Assembly: GCF_036321535.1 (NCBI RefSeq)
Contig: NC_087437.1
Coordinates: forward strand, 83,950,001 to 84,014,000
Length of the DNA: 64,000 nucleotides
Reading direction: 5' to 3'
Origin: Camelus dromedarius
Taxonomy: Eukaryota
Both the position numbers and the translations under genes were made by a program. This document shows, piece after piece, positions 1 through 12,977 of the stretch. The notes under the pieces were generated by a model. That model had not been told where the DNA came from and did no database searches. It saw nothing but the letters and a program-made list of their open reading frames with translations. How positions within the stretch are numbered: position 1 is the stretch's first letter; every line of letters starts with the position of its first letter.

Positions 1-879
1 CAAACAATAAAACAGGAGGTAGAGGACTTTTTTTTTTTCCTTCCTGACAGTTTCCTTGCAACAGGCCTGGCCTCAGCGTTAGTAGTATAATTGCAGATGG
101 TATTGCTGGCTTAGATGTTTCATGAGAACATGACTGAAATGCTTATACCTACCAATGTGCCATTTTATGATAATGTATGAGGGGTTTAAATAAAGTGATA
201 TTTATAAGGAATTAGAAGGAACTCCACAGGATGCTACAGTTTAGGGAGCAAAGATCTTTAGATAGTGGATCCTTGAAATAAACCTAGGTCTAAATTTCTT
301 TCCTCTTTTCTTTCCTTATGGATGTCCCTTTGGAGTTTTCCCATGTAGATGTGCATTGTCCTTTATTACAGACTCCTACATAATGGCTTTTTGTGATAGG
401 AGTACATTTTAAACAGCTATAGCTAGAATTATCAGGGTAGAGGCAATCTTGATATGCAACTAATGTTGGAATTTTGGAAGAAAGCCTATAGGTCACAATT
501 ATATTGATAGTGACTTAGTCCAACTGTGACTTTTCAAGGACTAATGTCAAGTGAGTGGCCACTTAAAGATAATCAGATAAGATCCTTGAATATAATCCTT
601 AAAAATCCCTTGACCTTTTGTATAATGGCTTCCACATCAAGAGACACTAATTTATGATGATGTAAGAGGTAATGCCAGATTTTGAGAAGACTGAGAAACG
701 TATGGTGTGTTGGAACTGGCATTTGTCTGCTTATCAGAACTTACTTTGCCTATATTTTAACAACAACATTCAAACTATGTCACAATCAGTCTTTTAAAAA
801 AATTTCTTTCTATTTTGCTCTGGAGAGCCAGTTTTTAAGCACCAGCATATCTCTGGTCATAACTCATATTTACCAAACT

Positions 880-1105
880 TAGGGTAGTTGTAATTTTGTT
901 CTTTAAGACACTGATAGGTGTTCCATGAAGAAGATACTCTATCTTCAAATAAGTTTGGATAATGCTTAAACAATGTTACTGTGAATATCCAAAAAAGAGG
1001 CAGCAACATATTTCTTTTATTTCATATTATCTAAAATAAAAAATTTTACTGGCACTACGTTCATAAAAATATCAGAATGCTAGAAAACTACTTTTGGAAA
1101 CAACA
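880..1105. mobile_element. Degenerate hAT-Charlie MITE (MER103-like)
   Basis: Motifs 'ataggtgttccatgaagaag...tcaaataagtttggataatgcttaaacaatgtta...tgtgaatatccaaaaaagagg' resemble the remembered consensus; heavily diverged. Confidence 0.4.
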
Positions 1106-1344
1106 TTAGCCTAAGCTTTGGAAACTTTATTCTGTTGACTCTGGCTCAAGAATTTGTACTAACTACCATGTTCCTGGTGTGTAAGAGTCAGAAAGACTAT
1201 AAAGTGTCTTAAGCTTCTGAAGCAAGACTAGGTTTCCCCTCCACTGAGATATCTGAGTAACCACTGGAAGCCTCAAGCTACAATGAGTTGGGATGGAGGG
1301 AGATCAGGAGAGCCCCAGTGCAGGCTCTCATAAGTGCTGGTGGG

Positions 1345-1592
1345 GTGCTGTGACTAAGCACAAGGGCTTTGGAGCCAAGATGCTTGGTTCTGAATCCTAG
1401 CTCCGCTACTCACTGGTCATGTGACTGTGATCAATTTACTTCACCTCTCTATTTCCTCAGATTTTTCTTCCAAAAAGTAGAAATAATAATATCCATCCTT
1501 CAGGGTTATTGTGAGGATTAAATATATTATTTCATTTAAAGCACTTAAAGTAATTTCTGTCACATGCCAAGCACTCAAAATTGTTGGATACT
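1345..1592 (+). mobile_element. MIR SINE
   Basis: 'gggctttggagccaaga...tgaatcctagctccgctact...cacctctct...cagggttattgtgaggattaaa...aagcactta' follows the MIR head, core and tail. Confidence 0.85.
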
Positions 1593-1829
1593 GTTACTGC
1601 TGTGAACAAAAAACAACACTGAACAAACATTGTTATTGTCATAAAAGAGCTATTTCATCAATAAAGGCTATAGAAGATTTTGCAATAGTCAACATCACAA
1701 ATCCAAGAAAACCTTACATATCTTACATGCTAAAAAGCCCTGTAGGAAACAACTTGTTTCTTTAGTATGAAAGGATTTTGGCAAAAATTTCCTGAAGGAT
1801 ATTTCTTAAATTTGAATAGCTTTGGTAAA

Positions 1830-2130
1830 TGCCACATTAAGAATAATATTCCAGAAAATTATATGCCTAGAATTTTAATAAATGTCGCACAGGAAAAAGG
1901 TTTTGTAGTTTAACACATTTTGGTGAACCCTACATGGAAAAAATAAAAGCAAAAAAATTTTCTTATTGAAGGAATTATCAAAGCTTTTAGTGTGTTATTC
2001 TGCTTTATAAGTAGTGAAGAAGGTCATATAGCATGCACATTTCCTTAACACAACTGACCAAGGAATCACTTTTTTGAAAAGCATGTCATAGGATTAATCC
2101 TCTGTAGAAATACTCTGTAGACTGCTGATC
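1830..2130. mobile_element. Degenerate hAT-Charlie MITE (MER103-like), second copy
   Basis: 'aaaaaggttttgtagtttaacacattttggtgaac...ttcttattgaaggaattatcaaagctttta...catttccttaaacacaactgaccaaggaatc' resembles the same consensus. Confidence 0.4.
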
Positions 2131-4224
2131 TAGAAGATCAGCTCAGGAAAATCAAACATTTATTCAAACTTATATACTTGAAATGCTTCAGGTCCTGTTA
2201 ATTGCATACCAGTGAACATATATAAATCTCATGTTCCCCATTGGTACCGGATTAGTTAAAAACATGCCAATATGCTAGAACCTAATTTTCAGGGCATGTT
2301 TTCAATAAATAATTTCAATAATATGGGCTTGATATTTTTCCCTGTCTTAATTCTGCAAGTACATATTCACCAAATATGGGTAATGTCCTTCTTCCAATGT
2401 TTATGGATGTGTCCAGCATATGTCAGAAAATTTTGGCAGAAAACAGATATAATTCCCAAAACAGGTTTACAATTATTCCTTGTCTGGGGATGTGTGATGT
2501 TACTGTCTCTATTAAAATCAAATTTTCACGTTAAAATATTATAAAAATTTACATTATAAAAATATTAATGAATCCATTGTTTATTCACTATATCTACATA
2601 CTGAAGTTCTAATTAATCTTTCACTACCATGGAATAAATTCCTATCTCTTGGGCAGTCCATTAAGTAAATTACTGGTTAAATGCATCAATGGTTTCCTAT
2701 CACTACAAAGTCAATGCGGTACTTTCCTTTGAACCAGATGATACCTTATTTGTTAAAAGGGTGTGGTGGAACACATGCTGTTTTAACAAACGTTCAGATC
2801 TTCAGTACACGAATAGATAAATCTTATTTACCTTTACTGCTGCTGTTTTCTGAACATACTTCAGTAGAAAATAATACTGTCTTTCTTCAAAAGGAATACA
2901 AAAACTTAAGCAAGAAGCACAAATACTAAAATTGAACCTGGATTGAATCTCTAGTACAAATGGTTGAAAGTAATCCAATCCATGGTTTCCTGTTTATTTT
3001 GTCTTCGTATTAAAATCTGAAGTATATTCGATTTTATCCTCATAAAGTTTTTTTTTTTTTTTCAATACCTGAGTTGTTGATTCGTCTCTGTGTGAACCAT
3101 CAGGTGGCTGACTGTGTGACTAGCACAGATCACTAAAGTTAAAAATGCTTTAGTTATGTGAAAGAGCACATCAATTGAGCACTACTGTGTTTGCCCAAGT
3201 CAGGGTGGATCCTAATTGCTTTGACAAATTTCCTGCTGGGAAATTGATCTTCAAAGATTTCTTAATGCCTTTTATTTTTAACCCATTTACTTCATTTTAA
3301 AACTTCAAAGTCTTCCTTTCTATTAATTATCACATATGCTGGAAAACACAAAGAACAAAATGCTATGTTTTATTCATCTAAGCAGGGCAGCTAAACACTA
3401 AGTTACAGCAAAGATGGGAACTTACTGAAGCAAAGGTCATCCTCTGTCAAACAAGACCATAAGAGACTTTTCTTTTAGTAGAGAATTCATGAATATTTCA
3501 TCTGAACACTTCTATAAACTTGCTGTAAAAGCTATGTTTCTTGGCATTTACTGAGGATGTCAAAATCAGTTACTGTAATTTAAATCTTTTGCTAATATGC
3601 TTATCAGACTTTCCTTTAAAACTCGTTCATGATCCATACACTAGTTCACCTAAAATATATATTTCTAAATGGTTAACATTACAGACCTTTATGTTAAGTA
3701 AAATCAAATTCTGCTTTCATTTATTTGTAAATACAGGTTATTTTTTCTTCTAATATAAAGTTGAGAATCTACTGGAAAAATCACAGTAAAACCATGAGTG
3801 AATTAATTCTCTTCATCTGAATGAGAACAGAATATCTTTATAAATGCCTCCAATGTTTAGGCTAAGTGCTAAGCAGTCTTTGGGGCCCCAAATGATGAAA
3901 GGATCAACCCAAACATAACCACAGCTCACAACCTACAAAAATTTCTTTAATTTACCGAGGCATGATTATTTGATGTTCCAGAGTACTTCTAACACTTACA
4001 AGTCTTAAAAGAAAGTTGTTATTTGCATATAACATATACATCAGCAAAACCACTCAACCTGCTAGTATTCTCACTTGGCAAAAAAAACCAGAAAAAAGTT
4101 TTTGAGAATTCCTATGATTGCTCTCATGACGAAGACACAGGACTTGAATAAATTGGTGTCTTTTTGACTTGATTTTTCTAAGAGTGTGATGTGGCCTACT
4201 ACATAGGGGGATATACCAGCAGGA

Positions 4225-4450
4225 CTTTAAAAAGTCAAATCTGGAGCTAGATATCCTTGACTTTGAATCCTATCTCAGCAGTTTAACTCTTGGTGATTCA
4301 TTTATTTTCTCTATACCTCATCTTATCATCTATAAACTAGGAATACGAATAACATCTCTCTATTAGGGTTGTTGTGGGAAGCATAGGGAGATAATCTATA
4401 TAAAGTGACTAGCTCAGAACTTGGGATATAATAGGCATCAATAAAAAATA
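4225..4450 (+). mobile_element. MIR SINE
   Basis: 'ctggagctaga...ttgaatcctatctc...cctcatcttatcatctataaactaggaata...agggttgttgtgggaag'. Confidence 0.75.
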
Positions 4451-5079
4451 AATAGGCTATTATTCCCATTATTATGCTAACTAATCTTTCCAGAAACTTT
4501 GTATAATAACTATATTTTGAGAAATTATTTTTATCTTATGTATTTCATTTACTTCAAATCTTTCAGGTATATTTCCATTAGAAAAATTTATTTTGTTTTA
4601 TTCATTTATTTTGATTGGCAAACATAAGCTACCTAGAATATTTGTATTATAGGAAGACTGCAAAATGTTGAAAGTTAATGTAATTCCTATGTCATATTAA
4701 AGCCAATATAGTCTAAAATTAATAATAAAGTCAGGAAGAAAATGCTACGGTAATGAAAGGGCAATTGACTAGATTAAGGAGAAAAAGCATCTATATGAAG
4801 AGGACGTATAACCATGAAGGAGATAAAACTATGCTAAAATAAAGCTAACACATAATAATTTTTGAAACTGCAGTAAGTTATAAGGCAGATGTTGCTTTAA
4901 CATCTAGGAGTTAGGAGGTCTTAGACTGTACATTTACAAAGGAAACTTAAAATGTTCACTATTACAGTATTACTGACAGATATTTTCTATATAAATAAAT
5001 TGGAATTATTTCTTTATTATAAATTCTTAGACAAGTGCCACTTTTTAAATACTCTGTGACTAGCCTATCTGACGTTTTA

Positions 5080-6100
5080 TATTTGATTCACTTTATATTT
5101 GAAATGTTTCAGTAAGTACTTTTTTCCTATAAGAATATATTTCCTAGAAGAGTATATCAGACTCTTTTCATTTTTTTCCGTAAGAAATGCAACTTGTCTG
5201 GGTGTGAAAGTTTGTGTCACAGTATTTTCCCCTCCACACCTAGTGCACTTTGAAGGCTGAGAAGTTTCCTAGGTGTGCTTAAGGCAGACACTGAATCTCT
5301 TTAACTTGTGAGCATCATTTTGTGCATGTAAGTATGTGTATATGTGCATTTCTCAAAGTGGTCAGTGACTGCAGAAGGTAAGAAGTCCATATATAAGGAG
5401 TACCTTCTAGGATTTATTCTGAGTATAGGTCTGATTAATTATTTTCAGTAATTATGTTTTACCATCACAAAACCTGCAAGATATATATTTTTAAATCCTT
5501 GTGTTAAAGGGAAAAAAAGTATATATAACCAAAACATGTCTGGAGATTGTATCCATGCAATAAAAATGAGATGAACTTTTCATTCTGCAGATCAAGTCTT
5601 AAATTTTGTGATGACTAATTTGGGTCTGTTTTCAATTACTTTTGGATGCTTCCTAAGGAGAACCAGTGGGCTAGAGTTGTTCTCTATCCCTCCATGGACC
5701 TCTGTCTCATTACTTTAATTACTTAACTATTTCTAAAAAAAAATGCAGGGTAAGCATTAAAATTTGTCTGCCACATGATTAGTTTGTCATTTCTACATTT
5801 CCTATCATGACAACTTTTATTATTCTCTATCACGTATTGTTTTCCTGATGACTTCAGCACATCTACCTCTCATTTCATATCCAACTGTTTTTTTACCTTA
5901 TGCTTTTTCTCCCCATGAGATCAAAGCACATCCTTTTGAAAATCATAAACATTACTATTAAAAGATTTTCAGAGGTCTGAACTTCCTCTTAATCATCTAT
6001 ATTATGTTCTTTTCCTTGGTTCTGAAATATTTTTAATTGGTCACATAATGGCTTTTGCTTTGTTATTCACTATATTTCAGATGAAAGAAATCTCTCTAGT
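5080..6100 (-). mobile_element. Ancient L1 (L1ME-type) ORF1-region remnant
   Basis: T-rich antisense L1-like text, e.g. 'cttgtctgggtgtgaaagtttgtgtcacagtattttcccctc...gaaggctgagaagtt'; very diverged. Confidence 0.4.
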
Positions 6101-6569
6101 CTGAGCTTTGGTAACTCATAGTACAAGAGAACTGCCTTTGTTCCACTTTTGTCCATGTGGGGCCTGGTGTCGTCTACTAAGACTCAGAGCTGGACAACAA
6201 GTAGGTATGCCTAGACATTCAGATTCTAGATGAGTTTTAACAAGTATAATTCTACTCAATAGTCTCCTATCATCATTATCTGAGTCTTTGGCACCCATAA
6301 TACAGAATCTACATCATGAACTGTTACTTATATTCTTCTTATCTCCCTCAACCTTCCACCAGCATAATTCATCATTTCTTGGCATTGTTTTCCTTACTTC
6401 CCAATTTTCTGATGAGTATGAATCCCTCAGTGAATGTAGAAAGTAGCAGTGCTGGCAAGAAGCCTCACTGTCTCAAAAAAGCAGGGCCCACCAGGCAGAA
6501 ATGATTCACCACTGTTCTGATTCAGACCTTACATTTTTGAATCAAAATACAATGGGCCTGATTCCATGA

Positions 6570-7690
6570 ATAGAGGAAGGAGCAGAAGACATATTTGAAA
6601 CTATAATAATGACTGAGAATTCCCCCAAATTAGTGTCAGACACCAAACAACAGTTCCAGGAATCTCAGAGAACACCAATCAGGGTAAATGCCAAAAAAAA
6701 AAAAAAAAAAAAAAAATCCAACTACACACTACACCTAGGTATATAATTTTCAAACTACAGAAAATAAAGGTAAAGAAAACATCCTGAAGGAAGCCAGAGG
6801 AAAATAAATATAGAGAAACAAAGATTAAAATTACATCTGAGTTCTCAAAAGTCACACAAGAAAGGAGAATTATTTAAAGTGTTTAGAGATAAAACCCCCC
6901 ACCAACCTAGAATTCTGTACCCTCAGAAATTATCCCTCAAACTGAAGGAGAAATAATGACTTTCTCTTAAAAACAAAAACTGAGGGAATTTGTTGCCAGT
7001 AGACCTGCCTTGCAGGAAATGTTTAAAGAAGTTTGCAGAGAGAAGGAAAATAATACAGGTTAGAAACCCAGATCTACCTAAAAAAGGAAGAACATTGAAG
7101 AAGAAATAAATGAAGGCAAAATAAAAACTATTATTCTTATTCCTAAATGAGCTAACACATTATATTTTCTTCAAAGTAATAATACTAACAATGTATTCAA
7201 CTATGTATGCTTATGTGTATATATATATATGCATATGTATACATCATATATACATGTATATATGGTCATATGTGCTTATGTATAAGTGAAATGAATGACA
7301 ACAGTGATACAAGGGGTGGGCAGGACGAATTAGAACTATTTTGTTATTATAAGGTACTCACACTACCTGTGAAATGTTATAGTGCTTTTTGAAAGTAGAT
7401 TTGGATTCGCTATAAATGTATATTGCAAACTCTAGGGCAGCCACTACAGAAAGTATAAAAAAGAAACATAACCAATAAACTAAGAAAAAAAAAAGAAGAA
7501 AATAGAATCATATAAAATGCTTAATTAAGAATGATAAAAGGCAGAAAAAGAATGGAAGATAAAAATAGGAACAAAGAACAAAAGCGACAAATAGAAAACA
7601 GTGACAAATATAGTAGATATTAATCCAAAAATATCAGTAATCACTTTGGATGCCAATAGTCTAAATGTACCAACGCAAAAACAGATTGAA
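6570..7690 (+). mobile_element. Old L1 (L1MC/MD-type) fragment: ORF1 3' half, inter-ORF spacer, start of ORF2
   Basis: 'aatgactgagaattcccccaaatt...aacctagaattctgtaccc...ttgccagtagacctgccttgcaggaaatg' is ORF1 (MTENSP, PRILYP motifs); 'atcagtaatcactttggatgccaatagtctaaatgtacca' is the ORF2 endonuclease start. Contains an expanded A24 (6693-6716) and a TA-rich tract. Confidence 0.85.
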
Positions 7691-8144
7691 GAAGGTGGGA
7701 AAGGCTGAATACTCTCTTCACTTTCAGAAAAGTAAACAAATGATAAGCTTTTCATTCCAGTTCTTTCTGCCTTGGATATCTAGAGAATCCTTTCAGATTC
7801 TGCTAATATGCTATTAGTCCTAACAGACTGCACAACTAGAAATATCCTTTTTTCATTACGTTTTTATTTGTGCTTTATAGACATCCTTAAGAGAAATTGC
7901 AACACATGATCAACCAGTTCTACTAGCCAGATGATCTTCTAATCGTGTGCCTGCTTATTTCATTTTGAACACTTCCACATGTAGGTCAGTTTATCTTTTT
8001 AAAGTAATTTCATGCTTAAGTTTTACTAAAATTAGTGCCTTTTAGGGAAAAAAACTGGATTGTACTGATTTGGATACCTCTATTATTATATAGTGAATTA
8101 TTAAAATTTAATGTTTTCCCCTCGCTATTATAGGATGCCTCATA

Positions 8145-8485
8145 TATAATTAACGGTATATATTTACATTGTACAATTTGATAAGTTTTGACATAAGTAT
8201 ATGCCCATGAAACCACTGAGATACTGGATATTTTTATTTCAAGCAAAAGATACCATTTGCAATCCCTTCCTCTCCTACCACTGTCATGGACAACTACTGA
8301 TCTGCCTTTTCTCAATATTAGGTTGGCTTGCATTTTCTACAGTTTCACATAAATGAATCATACAGTATGCAATCTTTTTTTGTATGAGCTTTTTTCTTTC
8401 AGCATAATAAATTGAGATTCATCCATACTGGTGCATATATTAGTAGTTTGTTCCTTTCATCTGCTGAGTAGCATTGCATAACTAA
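8145..8485 (-). mobile_element. Old L1 3' end (L1ME/MC-type)
   Basis: 'tgtacaatttgataagttttgaca...caactactgatctgcctttt...gaatcatacagtatg...tgagattcatccata'. Confidence 0.8.
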
Positions 8486-9164
8486 TTTTTTTCAAGCATT
8501 AATTTTATATCTGTAAGAAAGGTCAAATATTTTAAAACAATATTTATTAACATGATACTCATACTTTTTCAGGAAAATAAGCAGAGAAATATTACCAAGG
8601 ATATGCATCAGTCATTCTTTTTTCATAAACAATGCCCTTACTTCTACATAGTTATAGTTAGAAAAAATTGATTAATTTCTTTATGGCTTAAATAAATAAA
8701 AGTCAGAAGAAAAATGTATGTTCAAAAAATTTTACTCGATAGCTTTTGCCACCTCAGTCCCTCCCTCCTTGTCACCCTGACCCAGGAATTGATGAGAATA
8801 AAACATGGTAAAGTTACCATGTAGCTACATAGTTCAATACGCTAATAATTATGGAATTCACGGAATACTTCTCCCTGGTATTTTCCCAAGGATGCTAAAG
8901 AGACTAATCTTAAATCACAAACAATAAAAGTGGGAGAGAGTAGTTTAATGATTAAGACAACTATTTTCAAAAATACCCTCCCTTTTATTATGCAAGGAGA
9001 AAAATAAAGGCCTACGTAACAAGATGATCAGTATATCTAGAAAGTACACTATCTGTTTTCCAAATTTCACAAGCTGTCAGGTTTTGTTAGTTGGGGAATG
9101 AGAGGTACCCTTTAATTTGTGGAAGAACAGGAAAAAGAGAAACTAAAGAGGTACAGTAAGAACT

Positions 9165-9242
9165 ATTTTTGCCTTGTTCACTATTGTCTGCCCAGTGCCT
9201 GCATGGGCTTAACACACAGCAGGTACTCAATAAATATTTGTC
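9165..9242 (+). mobile_element. L2 3' end
   Basis: 'cttgttcactattgtctgcccagtgcct...acagcaggtactcaataaatatttg'. Confidence 0.75.
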
Positions 9243-9259
9243 CTATAAAAGCATTAGGT

Positions 9260-9730
9260 CTAGAAGGAAGTATTGACCAAGACCATGTAAAGTCTCTTAA
9301 GCCAGAAAACATGAAGTTGTAAATGTCATTGGAGAACAGGGTAAATATTTAAATCCAGTAGTGAAAAGTGTGGGGAAAAAGTAGCGATGTAGGTGGCTTG
9401 TCAAGATGGGGAGAGAAGGCATCAAAGAGAACAGTTAGAAGACTGTTGCAATAATCAAAGTTCGAGGGAACTGCCGGGGGGGGGGGGGGGAGCGGCTGGG
9501 AAAGAGAGGTAATGAGAGCTACCAAAACAGGATGGTTCATTTGGTAACTGATTCCTATTGGTAGGTAAGAATGAGGATGTTAAAGGTGAAAGATGCAAAA
9601 GGGCAGAAGAGGGAAGGTTTTGAGTCTGGGCAGCTGGGAGGGTTGTGACAGCTCCTGTGACTGTGGGAAGCTGGAAGCAGGAACTACTTTGGAAATAGGA
9701 GTGGGGGAGGCATATGAGGTTTGGAATTTA
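9260..9730 (-). mobile_element. L2 remnant
   Basis: Purine-rich antisense L2 text 'gagaacagttagaagactgttgcaataatcaaag', 'aggttttgagtctgggcagctgggaggg'; ORF 9349-9540 contains the L2-like 'DYCNSLL' motif. Confidence 0.65.
9476..9490 (+). repeat. G15 homopolymer
   Basis: Fifteen consecutive G read directly. Confidence 0.95.
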
Positions 9731-10869
9731 ACTTTTACTTTAGTTCTTTAACATGTATAATGAGCCTAGAATACAGGAAGTACTGAGAGAAACAGGAGTT
9801 CAAATAGCTACTACTTCCCTAAGTAAAGGAAAATAAAAGTAAAGAAAAAAAATAAAAGGAGAGCATAGTTTGGTTTCTGAGAAAGTTTTGAAAAGTTTTA
9901 CCTCTGTTGAAAAACAAAAGCCATGGATCTAACAGTGAAAAATAACCTTAAAAAGACCCTCAAAAACCCAAATAATTTTCTTTCAAGAATTACATATCTA
10001 ACAAATGCTTCATATAAACTATTTTTCAATAATGTTACACAGCAAACACAACTGATTTACTTTAAAAAAAAAAAACAAGCAAAGGACTTTTTTGTACAAA
10101 AGAAGAAGTATGCATTCCACAGAATGGCTTTTTAAATTGACTACAATATATGAAATCTTGGTGATATAAAGCAAGATAGTAATAAAAGATAAGTTCGGAA
10201 TCAAATGGCATTTTCTTTTAAAAATGATCATCTCTATCTTTCAAATCACATTATAATAACTCAAAAGCACTATTTCTTATTACAGGTACTACTTCCTAAA
10301 AGGCTGAATAGTTACTGACTTTGTGGCTGATGAATTCAAATAACAAGCCATTCTTGGATCAATTTTCTGACTTCAAAAGTAAATGACTTGTGAAATAATA
10401 TTCTAATTTTACTTTATCTTTTAAAATGACTTACTTTCCTTATTAACAAAGAAATGGATGTGATCACAGTGGCTGGGAACTTACAAATTTTTCAGCTACT
10501 TGACTCATCGGAAAAGAGGAATGTCACCAACTTATTCCCACAGCCTGTTATTGTGATTGATACTTTATGACTAAGCTGCCATCACAAAGCTGAAATGTGA
10601 GATCAGAGACATGGTGCATTTTTTAAATTGCAAAAAGAATGTAAAACTATCTTATCCAAAACGTTTGTTCTTTATTTTGCTACAGCCAGTTAAAATAAAA
10701 GTGTACATTTCAAAGAGGGATTGGAAATTACAATTTTCATTTCAAAATTACATTTCATAAATAGAAATTACTGAAAAAAATAGAGAAACAAATCTTTTAT
10801 AATGTAAATCACCAAAATGTTCTTAAAAAGGTAATTTTAAGCACAAGCCTACTGTTTATTATGAAATTT

Positions 10870-11690
10870 CATACAGACAGAAAAGTACAATAGTATAATG
10901 AATATATATATGTATATATATATATATGTCTCTCACCATTTTGTTTTAACAAATAGAAACTTTGAAGAATTTGGTTTCTATCTATTTTTGTGTAATTAAA
11001 AACAAAACAACTTTCCAGATAAATAAGAGTCCTTTTTGTATTCTCCTTAATCAAATTCTCTTGTTTTTTACCCCAAAAGTAACAATTAACCTGGAGTTGG
11101 TATGTATCTTTTTCATCAGTGTTTTCATGTTTACTATAAGCAGATGTATAAATGTAAAATGCCTAAAATAATGTTATTGTGATATGTAACAATACAATAT
11201 ATATTCTATATAATATAGTATGAAATATAGTATATGGTGATTTAATATTGTTTGGAGTGCTTTTAAACTTTACTTAAAATGAATTATTTTATGTGTATTG
11301 TGCCTCTAATTCAATCTTTCATTTTCTAAATTTCTAAATTTATCTGTCAGTGCATGTGCATCAGTTCATTCACTGTAACTGCTGTATACTATTTCACTGC
11401 ATGATTATATCAAAAGTTATTTACTTATTCCTTTATTGATAAAAATGTAAGCCCTTTTTAAATTATTGCTATTGAAACCAATGCTGCATTGAATGTCTCT
11501 GCCCACATCTCCCTAACCACACGTGAGAATCTCTTTTAAGTGTGAACGTGAAACTAGAGTCACTAGACTGTAGGAAGTTAGATACATGTCATCATACTGT
11601 CTTGCTCTCCAAAGAGATTGTACCACTTGATAGGCTCCCAAACAGTGTATGAAAGTTTCCCTTTTCCTACATCTTTGCCTGTATGCTTTC
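10870..11690 (-). mobile_element. Old L1 3' region (L1ME-type)
   Basis: 'agttcattcactgtaactgctgtatactatttc...ttgctattgaaaccaatgctgcattgaatgtc...ttgctctccaaagagattgtacca...aacagtgtatgaaagtttccc'. Confidence 0.7.
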
Positions 11691-11958
11691 TTTTAAGAAT
11701 CAAATTTAAAATTTGACGAAGTTTGAATTTACTGTACCTTTAACATAAAACATATTTGCTAAAATGTTATGCTGAATTTGAGATTTATAATGAAAAGGCT
11801 TTAGGACCCATGAATCCCTCAGATCACTGTGGATCTTCTTGCATGGATTAAACATATTTAGCTACAATAAAATTCAGCTATGGTTGGGACCAGGCTTTTC
11901 ATCTCTCACCCTTATTCATGATCCCAGAAATAGAAGGAATTAGAATTCTCTAGCATCC

Positions 11959-12088
11959 GGGGGTGGATGTAGCTTGTGGTAGCGCGCATGCTTGGCATGC
12001 ACAGGGTGCTGGGTTCAATCCCCAGTACCTACTCAGAAAATAAGTGAATAAATCTAATCACCTCTTCCACCAAAAAAAAAAAAAAGAA
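11959..12088 (+). mobile_element. tRNA-Ala-derived SINE of camelid vic-1 type
   Basis: tRNA-like head with A box (tagcttgtggtag) and B box (gggttcaatcccc), A-rich tail, and a degenerate 17-bp TSD agaattctctagcatcc (11942-11958) / agagtgctttagcatcc (12089-12105). Confidence 0.85.
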
Positions 12089-12129
12089 AGAGTGCTTTAG
12101 CATCCAACAGAGGAAATAAATCAGATGAT

Positions 12130-12350
12130 GCCTTACACTCCAGTTCCAGACATGCTTGCTTACATCTCAGCTCCATTTCTCATTAGCTACATGCCTTACA
12201 CAACTTATTCAAACTCTCTGAACTTCAGATTCTCCTCTGAAAAATGGTGATTCTAATTGTAGCCTAACAATATTGCTTCAAAGATGTAAATCAGATAACG
12301 TTTTTAATACACAAAGCACAATGCTTAACACCGAGTAAGTGCTAGAAAAT
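12130..12350 (+). mobile_element. MIR SINE
   Basis: 'acaacttattcaaactctctgaacttcagattctcctctgaaaaatggtgat' MIR core; tail 'aaagcacaatgcttaacaccgagtaagtgct'. Confidence 0.7.
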
Positions 12351-12977
12351 GTCCATTCACCATACTGTAAGGAATTAGGCAAAAGGTCATATAAGCTCCA
12401 AACTCAGTTTGGCTGTTTGCTGCTATAGGAGCTAAAATGCCATATGGCTGAAAATGGGGGGTTGTGTGGAGGTGAGGGTGGGGAGGGTGGAAGGACTGTC
12501 TAATGCTTTGCTGTCAATTCCAAATCAACAATTACTTGTTTCTCATTGTTAGGCACTGTGGGGACTAAAATGTTATACACCGTTCCTGCTTTCATAAAGC
12601 TACCATCCTCATGGAAAGAACAGAAGATTGAAAAATGTGATTTTTTTTTTCACCTAGTACATTGTTGTTATATATTAGCATTGAAAATAAAAGTATCATA
12701 ACGTAAATATGGTAAATAACTAGCGCTATAACTCTAGGTATTATTTATAACCAGCAAAATATAGGAAGGGCACATGATTATTTGTATATAAATATTTTAA
12801 TGACAGAGAAAGTAAATTACAGCCATAAAACGTATTACTGTGTCAATCAGTAGAACTCATAACATGAAACAAGAAGTCCAAGGAGTAAGGAGTAGAAGTC
12901 AAGATGAAAATCACACTGGACTTAAAGCAAAAAGCTGATTGATGCCAGTCACCTAAGCCAGTTTGGTCATTAATAAC

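Noticed and set aside
290..496. Cys-containing minus-strand ORF as an exon
   Set aside because: No convincing splice boundaries or recognisable homology.
11959..12032. tRNA-Ala gene
   Set aside because: Stems are degenerate and it is followed by a SINE body, A-tail and TSD; it is a SINE.
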